Assembly: GCA_049322915.1 (NCBI GenBank)
Contig: JBMOPW010000034.1
Span: 552,567-616,566, forward strand
Direction: 5' to 3'
Length of the DNA stretch: 64,000 nucleotides
Origin: Candidatus Zhuqueibacterota bacterium
Lineage (GTDB): Bacteria > Zhuqueibacterota > Zhuqueibacteria > Thermofontimicrobiales > Thermofontimicrobiaceae
Position 1 is the first letter of the stretch. Each line of letters starts with the position of its first letter. Below are positions 19,594 through 29,180 of this stretch, piece after piece. The position numbers and the translations under genes were made by a program. Below the pieces are notes generated by a model, which saw only the letters and a program-made list of their open reading frames with translations, made no database searches and was not told where the DNA came from.

Positions 19594-20097
19594 ATTAATT
19601 TTTGAGCTACAGATGCGGCGGCGTGCGGCTGTTTTTCAGCGTCATCTGAAATGAATATCGCTTCGGACAAGACAGTTCCTCTTCGATCCTGAAGTGCATC
19701 AACTGAGTCGCAGCAAGCGAACCGATTGAACCGGGTTCTCCTTGAAGAAGCTAAACCATCGAATAATATCTGGCCCTCAAACCCGCTTGCCCGAATATCG
19801 ATGGTGTTAAAATATAGTAATTTCACCAGAAAAACTTGTTTTTAATCTATGGTTTTTTAAATTAATACACCGCAAATTCCGCGGGCATTTGGAAGTTGCC
19901 GGAGCACCCGGAGCAGCGCATTCGTTACAATAATTTCTTTGACCGGGAGTTAAGTTTTTCAATGGCCGGAGCGATGAATAATAATACTATCCGCGGCAAC
20001 GATTAGCGCTCGGTTCAGCCGCGGGAATGTGGGAGATAATGCAATGCCCGCATCAATTTTTAATCGGTTCAGAAATATTGCCTGCGTCAAAATCAAC

Positions 20098-20126
20098 TTG
20101 AATTTCGGATGAGAAACAGTTATATT
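20098..20126 (+). promoter_or_regulatory. Sigma70-type promoter of ugd
   Basis: TTGAAT-N17-TATATT. Confidence 0.55.
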
Positions 20127-20232
20127 CAACACTAATTCTATATGCTGAATCTGAAAGAGTCAGAGGTATCGTTTGTAAATTCAGGGAGTAACAAAGCCAT
20201 TTTAACACGAAGTTAAATCAGAGGAGAAGAAG

Positions 20233-21555
20233 ATGAAAATTTCAGTCGTGGGAACCGGCTATGTCGGACTGGTGACAGGTACATGTTTTGCGGAAACGGG
20301 CATCAATGTAACGTGCGTCGATGTGGACGTCACTAAAATTGAAAACCTGAAAAAGGGAATTTTGCCGATTTACGAACCGGGTCTGGATACAATTTTGGAG
20401 CGCAACGTGAGTAAAGATCGGCTTCATTTCACAACCGACATCAAAGAAGGGCTTGAGGATTGTGAGGTCGTTTTTATTGCAGTCGGCACGCCCCCGGACG
20501 AAGACGGCAGCGCGGATCTGAAACATGTCCTGGCCGTTGCAGCAGACATTGGTAAATACATGAAAGACTACGTGGTTGTGGTGACAAAAAGCACGGTGCC
20601 GGTTGGCACAGCAAAAAAGGTGAAAGCGGCCGTTCAGAAAGAACTGGATAAACGCGGGTCAGAACTCCCATTCGATGTCTCCTCCAATCCTGAATTTCTC
20701 AAAGAAGGCGCGGCCATTTCGGACTTCATGAAGCCGGACCGAATCGTCGTTGGCATCGAGTCGGAGCGAGGCGAAGAAATGATGAAACGATTGTACAAGC
20801 CGTTTGTGATGAACGGGCACCCCATCATTTTCATGGACATACCCTCGGCGGAGATGACCAAATACGCGGCTAATTCCATGCTGGCCACAAAAATCAGTTT
20901 CATGAATGACATTGCCAACCTGTGCGAGATTGTCGGCGCGGATGTCAACCTTGTCAGGAAAGGCATCGGCAGCGATTCGCGCATTGGCAATAAATTCATC
21001 TATCCCGGCATTGGTTACGGCGGCTCCTGTTTTCCCAAAGATGTGAAGGCGCTGATTCATACCGCCAAAGAATATAAATATGACATGCGAGTTTTATTGG
21101 CCGTCGAAAACGTAAATGAAGACCAGAAATCGGTCCTGTTCAATAAGGTCAATACGTTCTACGGCAATAATCTGAAGGGAAAGACAATTGCATTGTGGGG
21201 ACTCTCGTTCAAGCCGGAAACCGATGACATGCGCGAGGCGCCATCACTGGTCATCATCGACAAACTGCTCAATGCCGGAGCGACGGTGAAGGCCTACGAT
21301 CCCCAGGCCATGCACGAAGCAAAGCGAATCGTGGGTGACAAAATTGAATATGTGAAAGATCAATACGAGGCGCTCATCGACGCGGATTGCCTGTTAATTT
21401 TGACGGAATGGCAGGAGTTCCGCTTCCCGAATTTCAAAGTAATACAAAAGCTGCTGAAGAAACCGGTGGTCTTCGACGGTCGCAATATTTTCGACGTCGC
21501 TGAGATGAAAGAGATGGGCTTCAAATATTACTGCATCGGTATCAAAGCTGAATAG
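20233..21555 (+). CDS. ugd: UDP-glucose 6-dehydrogenase
   Basis: GTGYVG, KSTVPVGT, NPEFLKEG, GYGGSCFPKD, FKPETDDMRE; RBS GAGGAG. Confidence 0.97.
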   Translation: MKISVVGTGYVGLVTGTCFAETGINVTCVDVDVTKIENLKKGILPIYEPGLDTILERNVSKDRLHFTTDIKEGLEDCEVVFIAVGTPPDEDGSADLKHVLAVAADIGKYMKDYVVVVTKSTVPVGTAKKVKAAVQKELDKRGSELPFDVSSNPEFLKEGAAISDFMKPDRIVVGIESERGEEMMKRLYKPFVMNGHPIIFMDIPSAEMTKYAANSMLATKISFMNDIANLCEIVGADVNLVRKGIGSDSRIGNKFIYPGIGYGGSCFPKDVKALIHTAKEYKYDMRVLLAVENVNEDQKSVLFNKVNTFYGNNLKGKTIALWGLSFKPETDDMREAPSLVIIDKLLNAGATVKAYDPQAMHEAKRIVGDKIEYVKDQYEALIDADCLLILTEWQEFRFPNFKVIQKLLKKPVVFDGRNIFDVAEMKEMGFKYYCIGIKAE

Positions 21556-21578
21556 CATTTCCCCAGACTTAAAAAGTG

Positions 21579-21623
21579 AACCTCTCTGATATTCCTTATA
21601 CTGAATTCAGAGAGGTTTTTTTT
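21579..21623 (+). terminator. Intrinsic terminator after ugd
   Basis: AACCTCTCTGA...TCAGAGAGGTT followed by a T-run. Confidence 0.75.
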
Positions 21624-21711
21624 ATGTTGATCACGGACAGCGTGTGGGTGATTTCAATAATCCAGTGACAGGCAGGAAGCCTGTGATTTACGGCTTTGCG
21701 TTTGGCGCGAA

Positions 21712-24690
21712 TCATAAAAACCGCACCGTTGAGACATTCAATGTGACAGCGCCGAATTCTTCTTCAACCCGGCCCTGCAGAATATAGGGCTGAGAATGGC
21801 TGAGCATGTAGCAGAATTGCTGATACGTCTTTGGAAAAAAGATGGCCTCGTAAATCGCGGTTGTGTCTTCAAAGCTGATGAACTCCATCATTTCATCGTC
21901 TTTGGTGCGAGTCAACTTTCGGGTGACAAGCCAGCCGATGGTGGTGACATTTTTCCCGATGAACAGCGGCAAGTCTTTGGCGGCAATGTACGAGATATTT
22001 TTCAACCGGTCCGAATAAAGCGTCAATGGATGCCGGCTGAGGATAAATCCCAATGTCTCGCACTCGTGCTGCAATTGCGTCCTGAAATCGTAATTGGCCG
22101 AACCGGGTAACTTGCCCGGACTCTGGTCGAACAGCGACATGGTTCCATTGTTTTTCTTCAATCGAAAATCCTGCCAGTACATCAACCGCCACATTAATTC
22201 CGGTCGCGTCTTTTCCGGCTCAAGCGCATCGAACATGCCGGCCTTGATGAGAATTCTCACATCATTGGGCGCAAGCGACAGCCGGCTGAGCAGGTCATCA
22301 AAGGAGCGAAACAGCCCGTTCTTTTGTCGCTCCTCCAAAATTTTTTCAATCGCCTCTTTTTGAATTTCCTTCAATTGGATGAAACCGACCCGTACCTGTT
22401 TGTCTTTGCCGGAATAGCTCCATTCGCTCTCATTGATGTCGGGCAAGAGGATGGTGAGCCCCATGCGCCGGGCCTCGGAAATGTAGGCGAACGTCGAGTA
22501 ATAGCCGCCCTGGTTGCTGATCACGGACGCGATGAACTCTGCCGGGTAATGGGCGCGCAGGTAACAGGATTTGAACGAAACGAGCGCGAACGACGCGGAG
22601 TGCGGTTTGCAGAAACTGTAGCCGGTGAAGCTCAGAATCATCTCCCAGATCCGATCGATCGTCTTCTGATCGACGCCTTTGCGCATGGCGCCGGTGAAGA
22701 ATTTCTCCCTGAAATCGGACATGCGTTTTGTAATTCTCTTCTTGGAGAGAATCCGGCGCAGGTCATCAGCTTCGGCCGGGTCGAAATCCGCTATGGCCAT
22801 GGCCACCTTGGAGACATCTTCCTGGTAGCACATAATGCCATAGGTTTCTTTGAGAATGCCATCCAGCAGCGGGTGAAGCGGCTCGTAGTGTTCGCCGTGC
22901 AATCGCTTGAGATACTCGTTAATGTACACATTGGCTGCCGGACGAATGATCGAGCTGTGAATGACAAGGTGTGCAAAATCCCCGGTGCGACTTTTTTTCT
23001 GAAGCAACCGCATGGCCGGCGATTCCACGTAAAAAACGCCCATCGTTTCGCCATTGCGGATCAGTTCCTGGGTGGCCGGGTCATCGATCGGATTCCACAT
23101 CTCGTATTGAATTTCAACGCCGTAATTCTTTTTGATGGCATCGAGCGCGTCGCGGATGACTGCCAGCGAGCGGTTGCCCAACAGGTCGATTTTCACCAGC
23201 CCTGCATCCTCGGCCTGGTCTTTTTCCCATTGAATAATATTCACCCCTTTGGCCGCCTGTTCGCGCGGAACGTAGTTGTCCAGAGCAGTGGGCGTGATCA
23301 CCACGCCGCCGCAGTGCACGGACATATTTCTCGGGATGGACTCCAGCTTTTCCGCCAGGTCAATGATTTCCGGCCAGGGGCCATTGAATTGATGAAATCG
23401 ATAGGCCGGGTGGTCGGCAATCATCGTCTTCAGCCGATCCGCATGCCAGTAATGCGATAGCTTTTTGGTGACCAGGTTAATTTCCGATTCCGGCAGTCCG
23501 TAGACTTTGGCCACTTCTCGTACAGCCGCCCGCGCTTTGAACCCAACGTGATTGGAAATCATGGCCGCGCGGTTTGCGCCGTATTTTTGGAAGACATAAT
23601 CGAGAATTTTATCCCGTTCGTCCCAGGGAAAATCCACATCGATATCCGGCGGGTCTTTGCGGCCCACGTTCAGAAATCGCTCGAAAAACAGATCGTGGGC
23701 AATGGGGTCCACGTGAGTGATTTCGAGGCAATAGGACACGATGCTGGCCGCCGCAGAGCCGCGTCCGCAGGTGCGCCGCGACTGCTGCACAATATCCTGA
23801 ACTACCAGAAAATAGGGAGCAAAGCCCTTTTCCCTGATGATGCCCAATTCGTATTCCAGCCGCTGCGCAACTTGCGGGGTAATTTCGTCGTAGCGTTTCG
23901 CCGCGCCGGCATAGCACTGTTTTTTCAGATACTCAAAGGCAGTGCCATTGGTAAAATTCGAAAAGTCAGGGAAAATTGGCCCGCCGAAATCCAATGCGTG
24001 CAAACATTGATCGGCAATCTTCCCGGTCGTCTCCAGCGCCTCGGGAACATCGGGAAACGCCTGCGCCATCTGGTCCGGACTCTTCAGCCAGGCCTCCGGC
24101 GACGTCAGCTCCTTTTCGTCGAGAGCTGACAGCGCCACATTGCAATCGATTGCCCGCAGCAGGCGGTGCAAAGGGAAGTCTTTTCGGTCGGCAAAATAGA
24201 CGCCGTTTGTCGCCACCGGCGCCAGGCCCGTGGAACGGGCATAATCGAGCAGCGTTAACCGGCGCGGACCAGGCTGCAACTCAACGTACAGACTGTCGGG
24301 ATCGACTTTTTTCTTCAACAGGTTGAGCATGGGAATCGAATCGCTGATTAAAAACAATCCATCGGAGAATCGCGATAGCAGATCCAGCAGGGAAAAATCG
24401 CTGTTCAGGTGCCGTTGGGAAATGATCCGACACAGGTTGCTGTAGCCGGTCTTGTTCTTGACCAGCAAAACCGCCCGCAGTCCATTGGACACAACCTCGC
24501 TGCCGAAAATTGGCGTGATGCCCACCTCGCGGGCGATTTGCATAAACCAGATCAGCCCGTACACACCGTTGGTGTCGGTCAGCGCCAGGGATTTCATGCC
24601 CCGGTTTTTGGCGGTAAGGCACAACGCTTCAATGGAACTGGCGCCGCGACCAAAGGAATAAAAACTATGGGTGTGCAGGTGAGTGAACAT
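21712..24690 (-). CDS. dnaE2: Error-prone DNA polymerase III alpha (DnaE2-type)
   Basis: PHP HLHTHS, GRGSAAAS, PPDIDVDF, HCGGV, YSFCKPHS and an OB fold; co-operonic with lexA and a Y-family gene. ATG 24690 follows GGAGGAG. Confidence 0.9.
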   Translation of the reverse strand: MFTHLHTHSFYSFGRGASSIEALCLTAKNRGMKSLALTDTNGVYGLIWFMQIAREVGITPIFGSEVVSNGLRAVLLVKNKTGYSNLCRIISQRHLNSDFSLLDLLSRFSDGLFLISDSIPMLNLLKKKVDPDSLYVELQPGPRRLTLLDYARSTGLAPVATNGVYFADRKDFPLHRLLRAIDCNVALSALDEKELTSPEAWLKSPDQMAQAFPDVPEALETTGKIADQCLHALDFGGPIFPDFSNFTNGTAFEYLKKQCYAGAAKRYDEITPQVAQRLEYELGIIREKGFAPYFLVVQDIVQQSRRTCGRGSAAASIVSYCLEITHVDPIAHDLFFERFLNVGRKDPPDIDVDFPWDERDKILDYVFQKYGANRAAMISNHVGFKARAAVREVAKVYGLPESEINLVTKKLSHYWHADRLKTMIADHPAYRFHQFNGPWPEIIDLAEKLESIPRNMSVHCGGVVITPTALDNYVPREQAAKGVNIIQWEKDQAEDAGLVKIDLLGNRSLAVIRDALDAIKKNYGVEIQYEMWNPIDDPATQELIRNGETMGVFYVESPAMRLLQKKSRTGDFAHLVIHSSIIRPAANVYINEYLKRLHGEHYEPLHPLLDGILKETYGIMCYQEDVSKVAMAIADFDPAEADDLRRILSKKRITKRMSDFREKFFTGAMRKGVDQKTIDRIWEMILSFTGYSFCKPHSASFALVSFKSCYLRAHYPAEFIASVISNQGGYYSTFAYISEARRMGLTILLPDINESEWSYSGKDKQVRVGFIQLKEIQKEAIEKILEERQKNGLFRSFDDLLSRLSLAPNDVRILIKAGMFDALEPEKTRPELMWRLMYWQDFRLKKNNGTMSLFDQSPGKLPGSANYDFRTQLQHECETLGFILSRHPLTLYSDRLKNISYIAAKDLPLFIGKNVTTIGWLVTRKLTRTKDDEMMEFISFEDTTAIYEAIFFPKTYQQFCYMLSHSQPYILQGRVEEEFGAVTLNVSTVRFL

Positions 24691-24831
24691 CTCTGTTGTA
24701 TCTCCTCCCAATTTCATATTTTTAAATAGGTCCATTTGCTTTAAAGCTAATAGCTGGAAGCTTTTAAAATCCGAATCAAAATCTAAAAATTATCAATTCA
24801 CTTCCTCAGCAAGAAAGCACGTCCCGCTCGC

Positions 24832-25986
24832 TCACTTAACAAACGAAAACCTAACGGCATCGTCGCCAAAGCGGTCCCGGATGCGATCCATGGCCTGGGT
24901 CAACGCGACTTTTGTGGATTGCGGCGTCTGGTCGAACAGAGAAAGCTGGGCTGAAACCGGTGTCAACTGGAAAAACCGGAGGGCCAGCTTTCGCACCCGA
25001 ATACGCCGCGTCAGAATTTTTTTGAATAACTCATCCACAGCAAGAAACAGTTCGCCATCGGCCTGCGTGGCAGCCGGCAGCCGTCGCTGTCCGCACGCCT
25101 CGCGATGGTCAGCGTAATAAATCTCCAGCACGAGCTTGCGGGTCGTTTGCCGGGTGGCTCGCAAACGGCGTCCGGCGTTTTCGGTCAATTGGTACAACGC
25201 ACTGCGCAGGACATTGACGTCGTTGCTGTCCTCGGCCAGCGTGTGTTGTTCGTACAGATTGGGCAACTGCTGCGGCGGCCAGACCGGGGTGTTATCAATG
25301 CCATTGGCAGCGCGGTGCAGCTTCAGGCCGGTGCGGCCGAAAATCATTGTCAGATGTGGGATCGAAAGACTGGAAATCTGTTCAATGATGCGGATGTTGA
25401 GGTCCAGCAATTGTTTTTTCACGGGCTGGCTGATCCAGGGAAGATGATGAATTTTGAGCGGCGCGATGAACTGCCGCTCAGCGCCCCATTCCACCTCCTG
25501 CACGCCCCCGGGCGCACTCACTTCCGAAGCAATTTTGCTGACCATTTTGTTGCCGGCAACCCCCAGACTGGTGGGCAAGCGAAGCCGAGACAGAATTTCC
25601 TGCTGAATTTTTATCGCGGTATCGGTCGTAATTCCGAACAGCCGCCGCGTGCCGGTGATGTCCAGATAGGCGTGACCGTAGTCGTTGGGCTCCGTGATGG
25701 GCGTAAACTGCGACACAATATTCATCATCGCCCGCATGGCGCGGCTGTACAACGGTTCATTAGGCGGAATGACGGTGACGTCTCGGCACAGCCGCAACGC
25801 TTTTTGCAGCAACATGCCGCGGTAAATTCCGGCCTGCCGCGCCTCCAGCGACGTGGACTGAACAACCGCCCGGTCCATGGCCGGGTAGCTCACAATCACC
25901 GGCCGGTCCCGAAGCCGCGCATCCACCACCCGTTCCACGGAAACCGCGAACGAGTTGACATCGATATGTACAATGTGACGCTCCAT
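24832..25986 (-). CDS. Y-family polymerase homolog, probably catalytically inactive (ImuB-like)
   Basis: HIDVNSFAVSVE N-terminus; the SIDEAY motif is replaced by DYGHAY; clamp motif QLSLF; DRIRDRFG tail. Confidence 0.85.
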   Translation of the reverse strand: MERHIVHIDVNSFAVSVERVVDARLRDRPVIVSYPAMDRAVVQSTSLEARQAGIYRGMLLQKALRLCRDVTVIPPNEPLYSRAMRAMMNIVSQFTPITEPNDYGHAYLDITGTRRLFGITTDTAIKIQQEILSRLRLPTSLGVAGNKMVSKIASEVSAPGGVQEVEWGAERQFIAPLKIHHLPWISQPVKKQLLDLNIRIIEQISSLSIPHLTMIFGRTGLKLHRAANGIDNTPVWPPQQLPNLYEQHTLAEDSNDVNVLRSALYQLTENAGRRLRATRQTTRKLVLEIYYADHREACGQRRLPAATQADGELFLAVDELFKKILTRRIRVRKLALRFFQLTPVSAQLSLFDQTPQSTKVALTQAMDRIRDRFGDDAVRFSFVK

Positions 25987-26121
25987 TTTTCTGCTCTATT
26001 TGATTGATGTTCCCGGACGACAGAAGCGTCGTGACAATTGTGGGGTCAGTGATAAGCGATAGCACACTTGACAATTGATTTTAAATGGCGAATGGCTAAC
26101 GATCAATTGTGAATGCAGGAA

Positions 26122-26760
26122 CTAAAGCACCTGTTCCCGAATCAGTGCGGTGACTCGCCCCTGCAGCGACCAGGGCTCTTCCGGATGAATATCGGAATAC
26201 TCAGGATTTTCCGCTTTCAAAAACCGCTGATTGTCCTTCAAAATCAGCCGCTTCACCGTCACTTCATTGCCGATGAGCGCCACCACAATGTCGCCGTTTT
26301 TGGCAAGGTGCGTGGACTGAACAATCACCAAATCCCCGTCAAAAATGCCGGCGCGCATCATGCTGTCACCGCGCACGCGCAACGCAAAACAGGGCTGCTT
26401 GCTGCCAATCAGATACTGCGGCACATAAATGAACTTTTCGATGTTTTCCTCGGTCAGCACCGGCGCGCCGGCAGCCACAGCGCCGATGAGCGGCAATTTT
26501 AACGACTGGCCAAAATCGAAGTTCTCCTCGCGGTCATGCTCTTCTTCCAGCGGCTTCAAAATGCGAATGTCCCGCGCTTTGTTGGACCGCTGAATATAGC
26601 CTTTTTTCACCAGCGCATCGAGATGGCTGAGCACCGCGTTTTTAGAACCCATTCCCAGCTCCTCGCGCAACTCGTCCAGCGTGGGCGGAAAACCATCCTC
26701 CGCTATTCTCTGGCTGATGATTTCCAATACCTGGATTTGCTTCTCGGTCAATTCTTTCAT
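26122..26760 (-). CDS. lexA: SOS repressor LexA
   Basis: N-terminal wHTH (GFPPT), cleavage site VAAG, catalytic GDSM and TVKR. Confidence 0.96.
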   Translation of the reverse strand: MKELTEKQIQVLEIISQRIAEDGFPPTLDELREELGMGSKNAVLSHLDALVKKGYIQRSNKARDIRILKPLEEEHDREENFDFGQSLKLPLIGAVAAGAPVLTEENIEKFIYVPQYLIGSKQPCFALRVRGDSMMRAGIFDGDLVIVQSTHLAKNGDIVVALIGNEVTVKRLILKDNQRFLKAENPEYSDIHPEEPWSLQGRVTALIREQVL

Positions 26761-26790
26761 GGCCTTCCCCTTGATAATAGACATTTTACT

Positions 26791-26832
26791 TAACTTTTGT
26801 TTGATTAAATTTAGTTAGGTTAACTTTTGTAC
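26791..26832. promoter_or_regulatory. Three tandem candidate LexA operators (TAAC-N4-GTTA consensus, 15-bp period)
   Basis: TAACTTTTGTTT (26791), TAAATTTAGTTA (26806), TAACTTTTGTAC (26821). Confidence 0.65.
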
Positions 26833-26837
26833 AGTAT

Positions 26838-26866
26838 AATATATTATATTTTTTTTGAAATGTCAA
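26838..26866 (-). promoter_or_regulatory. lexA promoter
   Basis: TTGACA-N17-TATATT on the minus strand. Confidence 0.7.
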
Positions 26867-27001
26867 GGGAAAAATTTTGTATATGCAAAATAAATTTGTA
26901 TATTATTTCGAACAAAATCCAAATTTATGTGTTATGAATTCAGTTTTCATGTGTCTTATATAATAGAAAATCAACAAAAAAAACCGCAAAGGAAAAATCA
27001 C

Positions 27002-27544
27002 TTGACAATTGAATCCGACCGGCAATTGATGTTGGAATTCCAATCTGGAGATGAGACTGCTTTTCTTGAACTTCACCAGAGAATTAAAACTGGATTATGG
27101 CTCTATTGTTTAAAAATGATTGGAGATGAAGAAGTTGCGGCTGACTTATTCCAGGATATCATTACGAAATTAATTACCAAAAAACATCTCTTTAACGGAA
27201 AAGGATCTGCCTTTGGATGGATTTTCAAAATTGCCAGAAATCATATTTTAAATGTAAAAACACGAACCCAATTCCATTTATCCATCGAAAGTATTGAAGC
27301 CATATCTACAGAAAACTATGATATTCATTTTGAAAACAAGGAACACTTTAAACTCGTTATCGCCTACATTGAAAAACTACCAGATGACCTGAAAGACGCA
27401 ATTCTCTTACATGATATAAATGACTTATCCTATGATGAAATTGCTGATATCATGGACATTTCAGTTGATGCGATACGAATGCGAGTTTATCGTGCTCGAA
27501 AACAACTACGCACTTGGTTGATGCCAATAATTTATCCGGAATAA
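27002..27544 (+). CDS. ECF RNA polymerase sigma factor
   Basis: AADLFQD, WIFKIARN, LSYDEIA, RVYRARKQL. Likely TTG start at 27002; the ORF track starts at 26927. Confidence 0.92.
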   Translation: MTIESDRQLMLEFQSGDETAFLELHQRIKTGLWLYCLKMIGDEEVAADLFQDIITKLITKKHLFNGKGSAFGWIFKIARNHILNVKTRTQFHLSIESIEAISTENYDIHFENKEHFKLVIAYIEKLPDDLKDAILLHDINDLSYDEIADIMDISVDAIRMRVYRARKQLRTWLMPIIYPE

Positions 27545-27551
27545 TTTAACA

Positions 27552-28067
27552 ATGGTGAAAAGGATGAACTCACAAAATGACACTATTGACGACATCGAAA
27601 AACTCATTTTCGCATTTTGCGATGGAGAAATAACCAACGAAAACGAAATTGAGTTGATGTCAGTATTATTAAAAAATGAATCTGCCCGGTCTTTGTTCAA
27701 ATTTCATTTGGGCTTAAAACATACCACGAACACATTAAACTCCAAAATCTATTTTCCGAAAAAATTAGAAAATAATCTACGTCAACCATCCCTAATTAAA
27801 TCAAAAAAAGAAAGGCAGCCTGTTCAAGCGATTTCCGGTTTTTGGCAACGACAATTTTTCATAACACCCCTCAAAGCTGCCTCCATTTTAATTTTTGTAT
27901 TTATAAGTGCACTTTTCTTCGCAAAACTAACTCTTCCTGTAAAGCCAAACCAGGCTTCAAAAGTTATAGCCGGAGACATGGCAAATATTAAAAAACTCAG
28001 AGAACATATTAAAAAAATAAAAATTACAGTCAACGATCAAGTCAATTTCAAAAAAAAGGAAATGTGA
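27552..28067 (+). CDS. Putative membrane-anchored anti-sigma factor
   Basis: Directly after the ECF gene; N-terminal LIFAFCDGEI anti-sigma-like motif and one TM helix. Confidence 0.75.
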   Translation: MVKRMNSQNDTIDDIEKLIFAFCDGEITNENEIELMSVLLKNESARSLFKFHLGLKHTTNTLNSKIYFPKKLENNLRQPSLIKSKKERQPVQAISGFWQRQFFITPLKAASILIFVFISALFFAKLTLPVKPNQASKVIAGDMANIKKLREHIKKIKITVNDQVNFKKKEM

Positions 28068-29116
28068 TATTAATGAAAAAATGGATTACAATCTTTTTTT
28101 TATTCATAGTGGCCAACACAATCACAGCGCAAGAAATCGCAGGGCCATTTCAAATTGAACTTAAGGTTTTCAGGAAAAATGTCAATCGCACTGACTGCTT
28201 TTATGATGAAATCAATTATGATAATCCGAAACGATTCCAATTAACCATTTATAATTACGCAAAATTAGAAAGCATTAATATTCGAAAAATAAATATCTAT
28301 TCCAAACCTGTTGGCTCTGATGCAAACCTTGAAAGCATTAAGGGGACATTGCCCTTCATTAAATATTTTGAATTCAAAATTCAACCGATAAATTATGTTC
28401 CAGCGAACAAAACTCTCAAAGTTCAAATTGATTTTATTGTAGACGAATTTATTAAATTTGAATCGAACAAGATGAAGCAGCTATTAGAAAGAAGCTTCTT
28501 TTCAGTCTGCAAAAACATTCCTTTGGGAAAACCATTTGAAATACTTGAAATTAATTCAACTGACTCTCTCCATTATGTTACAATCGAAATTTATAATAAA
28601 TACCTACCACCACCATTTCAATTAAAGAATGACCAAATTCAAAAATTAATTCCAGCAGATCTATTAAAAGTTGAAAATTCAATATTCCCTCCCATCCATT
28701 GGCGGATCTTGCATTTAGTAACCGATAACAAAATTGATAAAAAATTTTGGTTAGATGAAAAAGTCGCTTGGGCATTTATAAAAAATAATGAAAATTTTAA
28801 TTTTAGTCATCAAACTTTAGTTTCAAAGTTAGAATACATTTTTCCTGAAAGAAATGAAAAAGGAGATATTGAAATACAGACAATTTTCATTCCCAGAAAG
28901 GTTATAGGACGCGAAATTGAGTTTACTTTGCTTTTATTCACCAAACCTTCGATTGACAATGAAAACAACCCATTACTTTACCGAAAAGATATTTCAATCA
29001 AAAATGATGAACCACTCGAAATCGAAGTTGAATTTTTCAAGAATAGTCCCTTTCGTACTTTCTTTTATATTACAGCTTATTTTAATGAGGATTTGAAGAA
29101 AAAATACAGACATTAA
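28064..29116 (+). CDS. Hypothetical secreted protein
   Basis: Signal peptide MKKWITIFFLFIVANTITA-Q; beta-rich sequence; AT-rich DNA. Confidence 0.7.
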   Translation: MILMKKWITIFFLFIVANTITAQEIAGPFQIELKVFRKNVNRTDCFYDEINYDNPKRFQLTIYNYAKLESINIRKINIYSKPVGSDANLESIKGTLPFIKYFEFKIQPINYVPANKTLKVQIDFIVDEFIKFESNKMKQLLERSFFSVCKNIPLGKPFEILEINSTDSLHYVTIEIYNKYLPPPFQLKNDQIQKLIPADLLKVENSIFPPIHWRILHLVTDNKIDKKFWLDEKVAWAFIKNNENFNFSHQTLVSKLEYIFPERNEKGDIEIQTIFIPRKVIGREIEFTLLLFTKPSIDNENNPLLYRKDISIKNDEPLEIEVEFFKNSPFRTFFYITAYFNEDLKKKYRH

Positions 29117-29180
29117 TTTTTCAATAATATGTTTTCCAATAAATTTTTGATTGTGATAAAATTTGTATGAAGGAGGAGCA

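Noticed and set aside
19590..19826. 78-aa ORF upstream of xdhL1
   Set aside because: No RBS or motif; likely spurious.
25760..26074. Possible imuA between lexA and the imuB-like gene
   Set aside because: It mostly overlaps the Y-family gene out of frame and has no RecA/SulA-like features.
26040..26112. Weak 7-bp-periodic stretches (also about 24740-24790)
   Set aside because: Too degenerate to define by eye; possibly repeat remnants.
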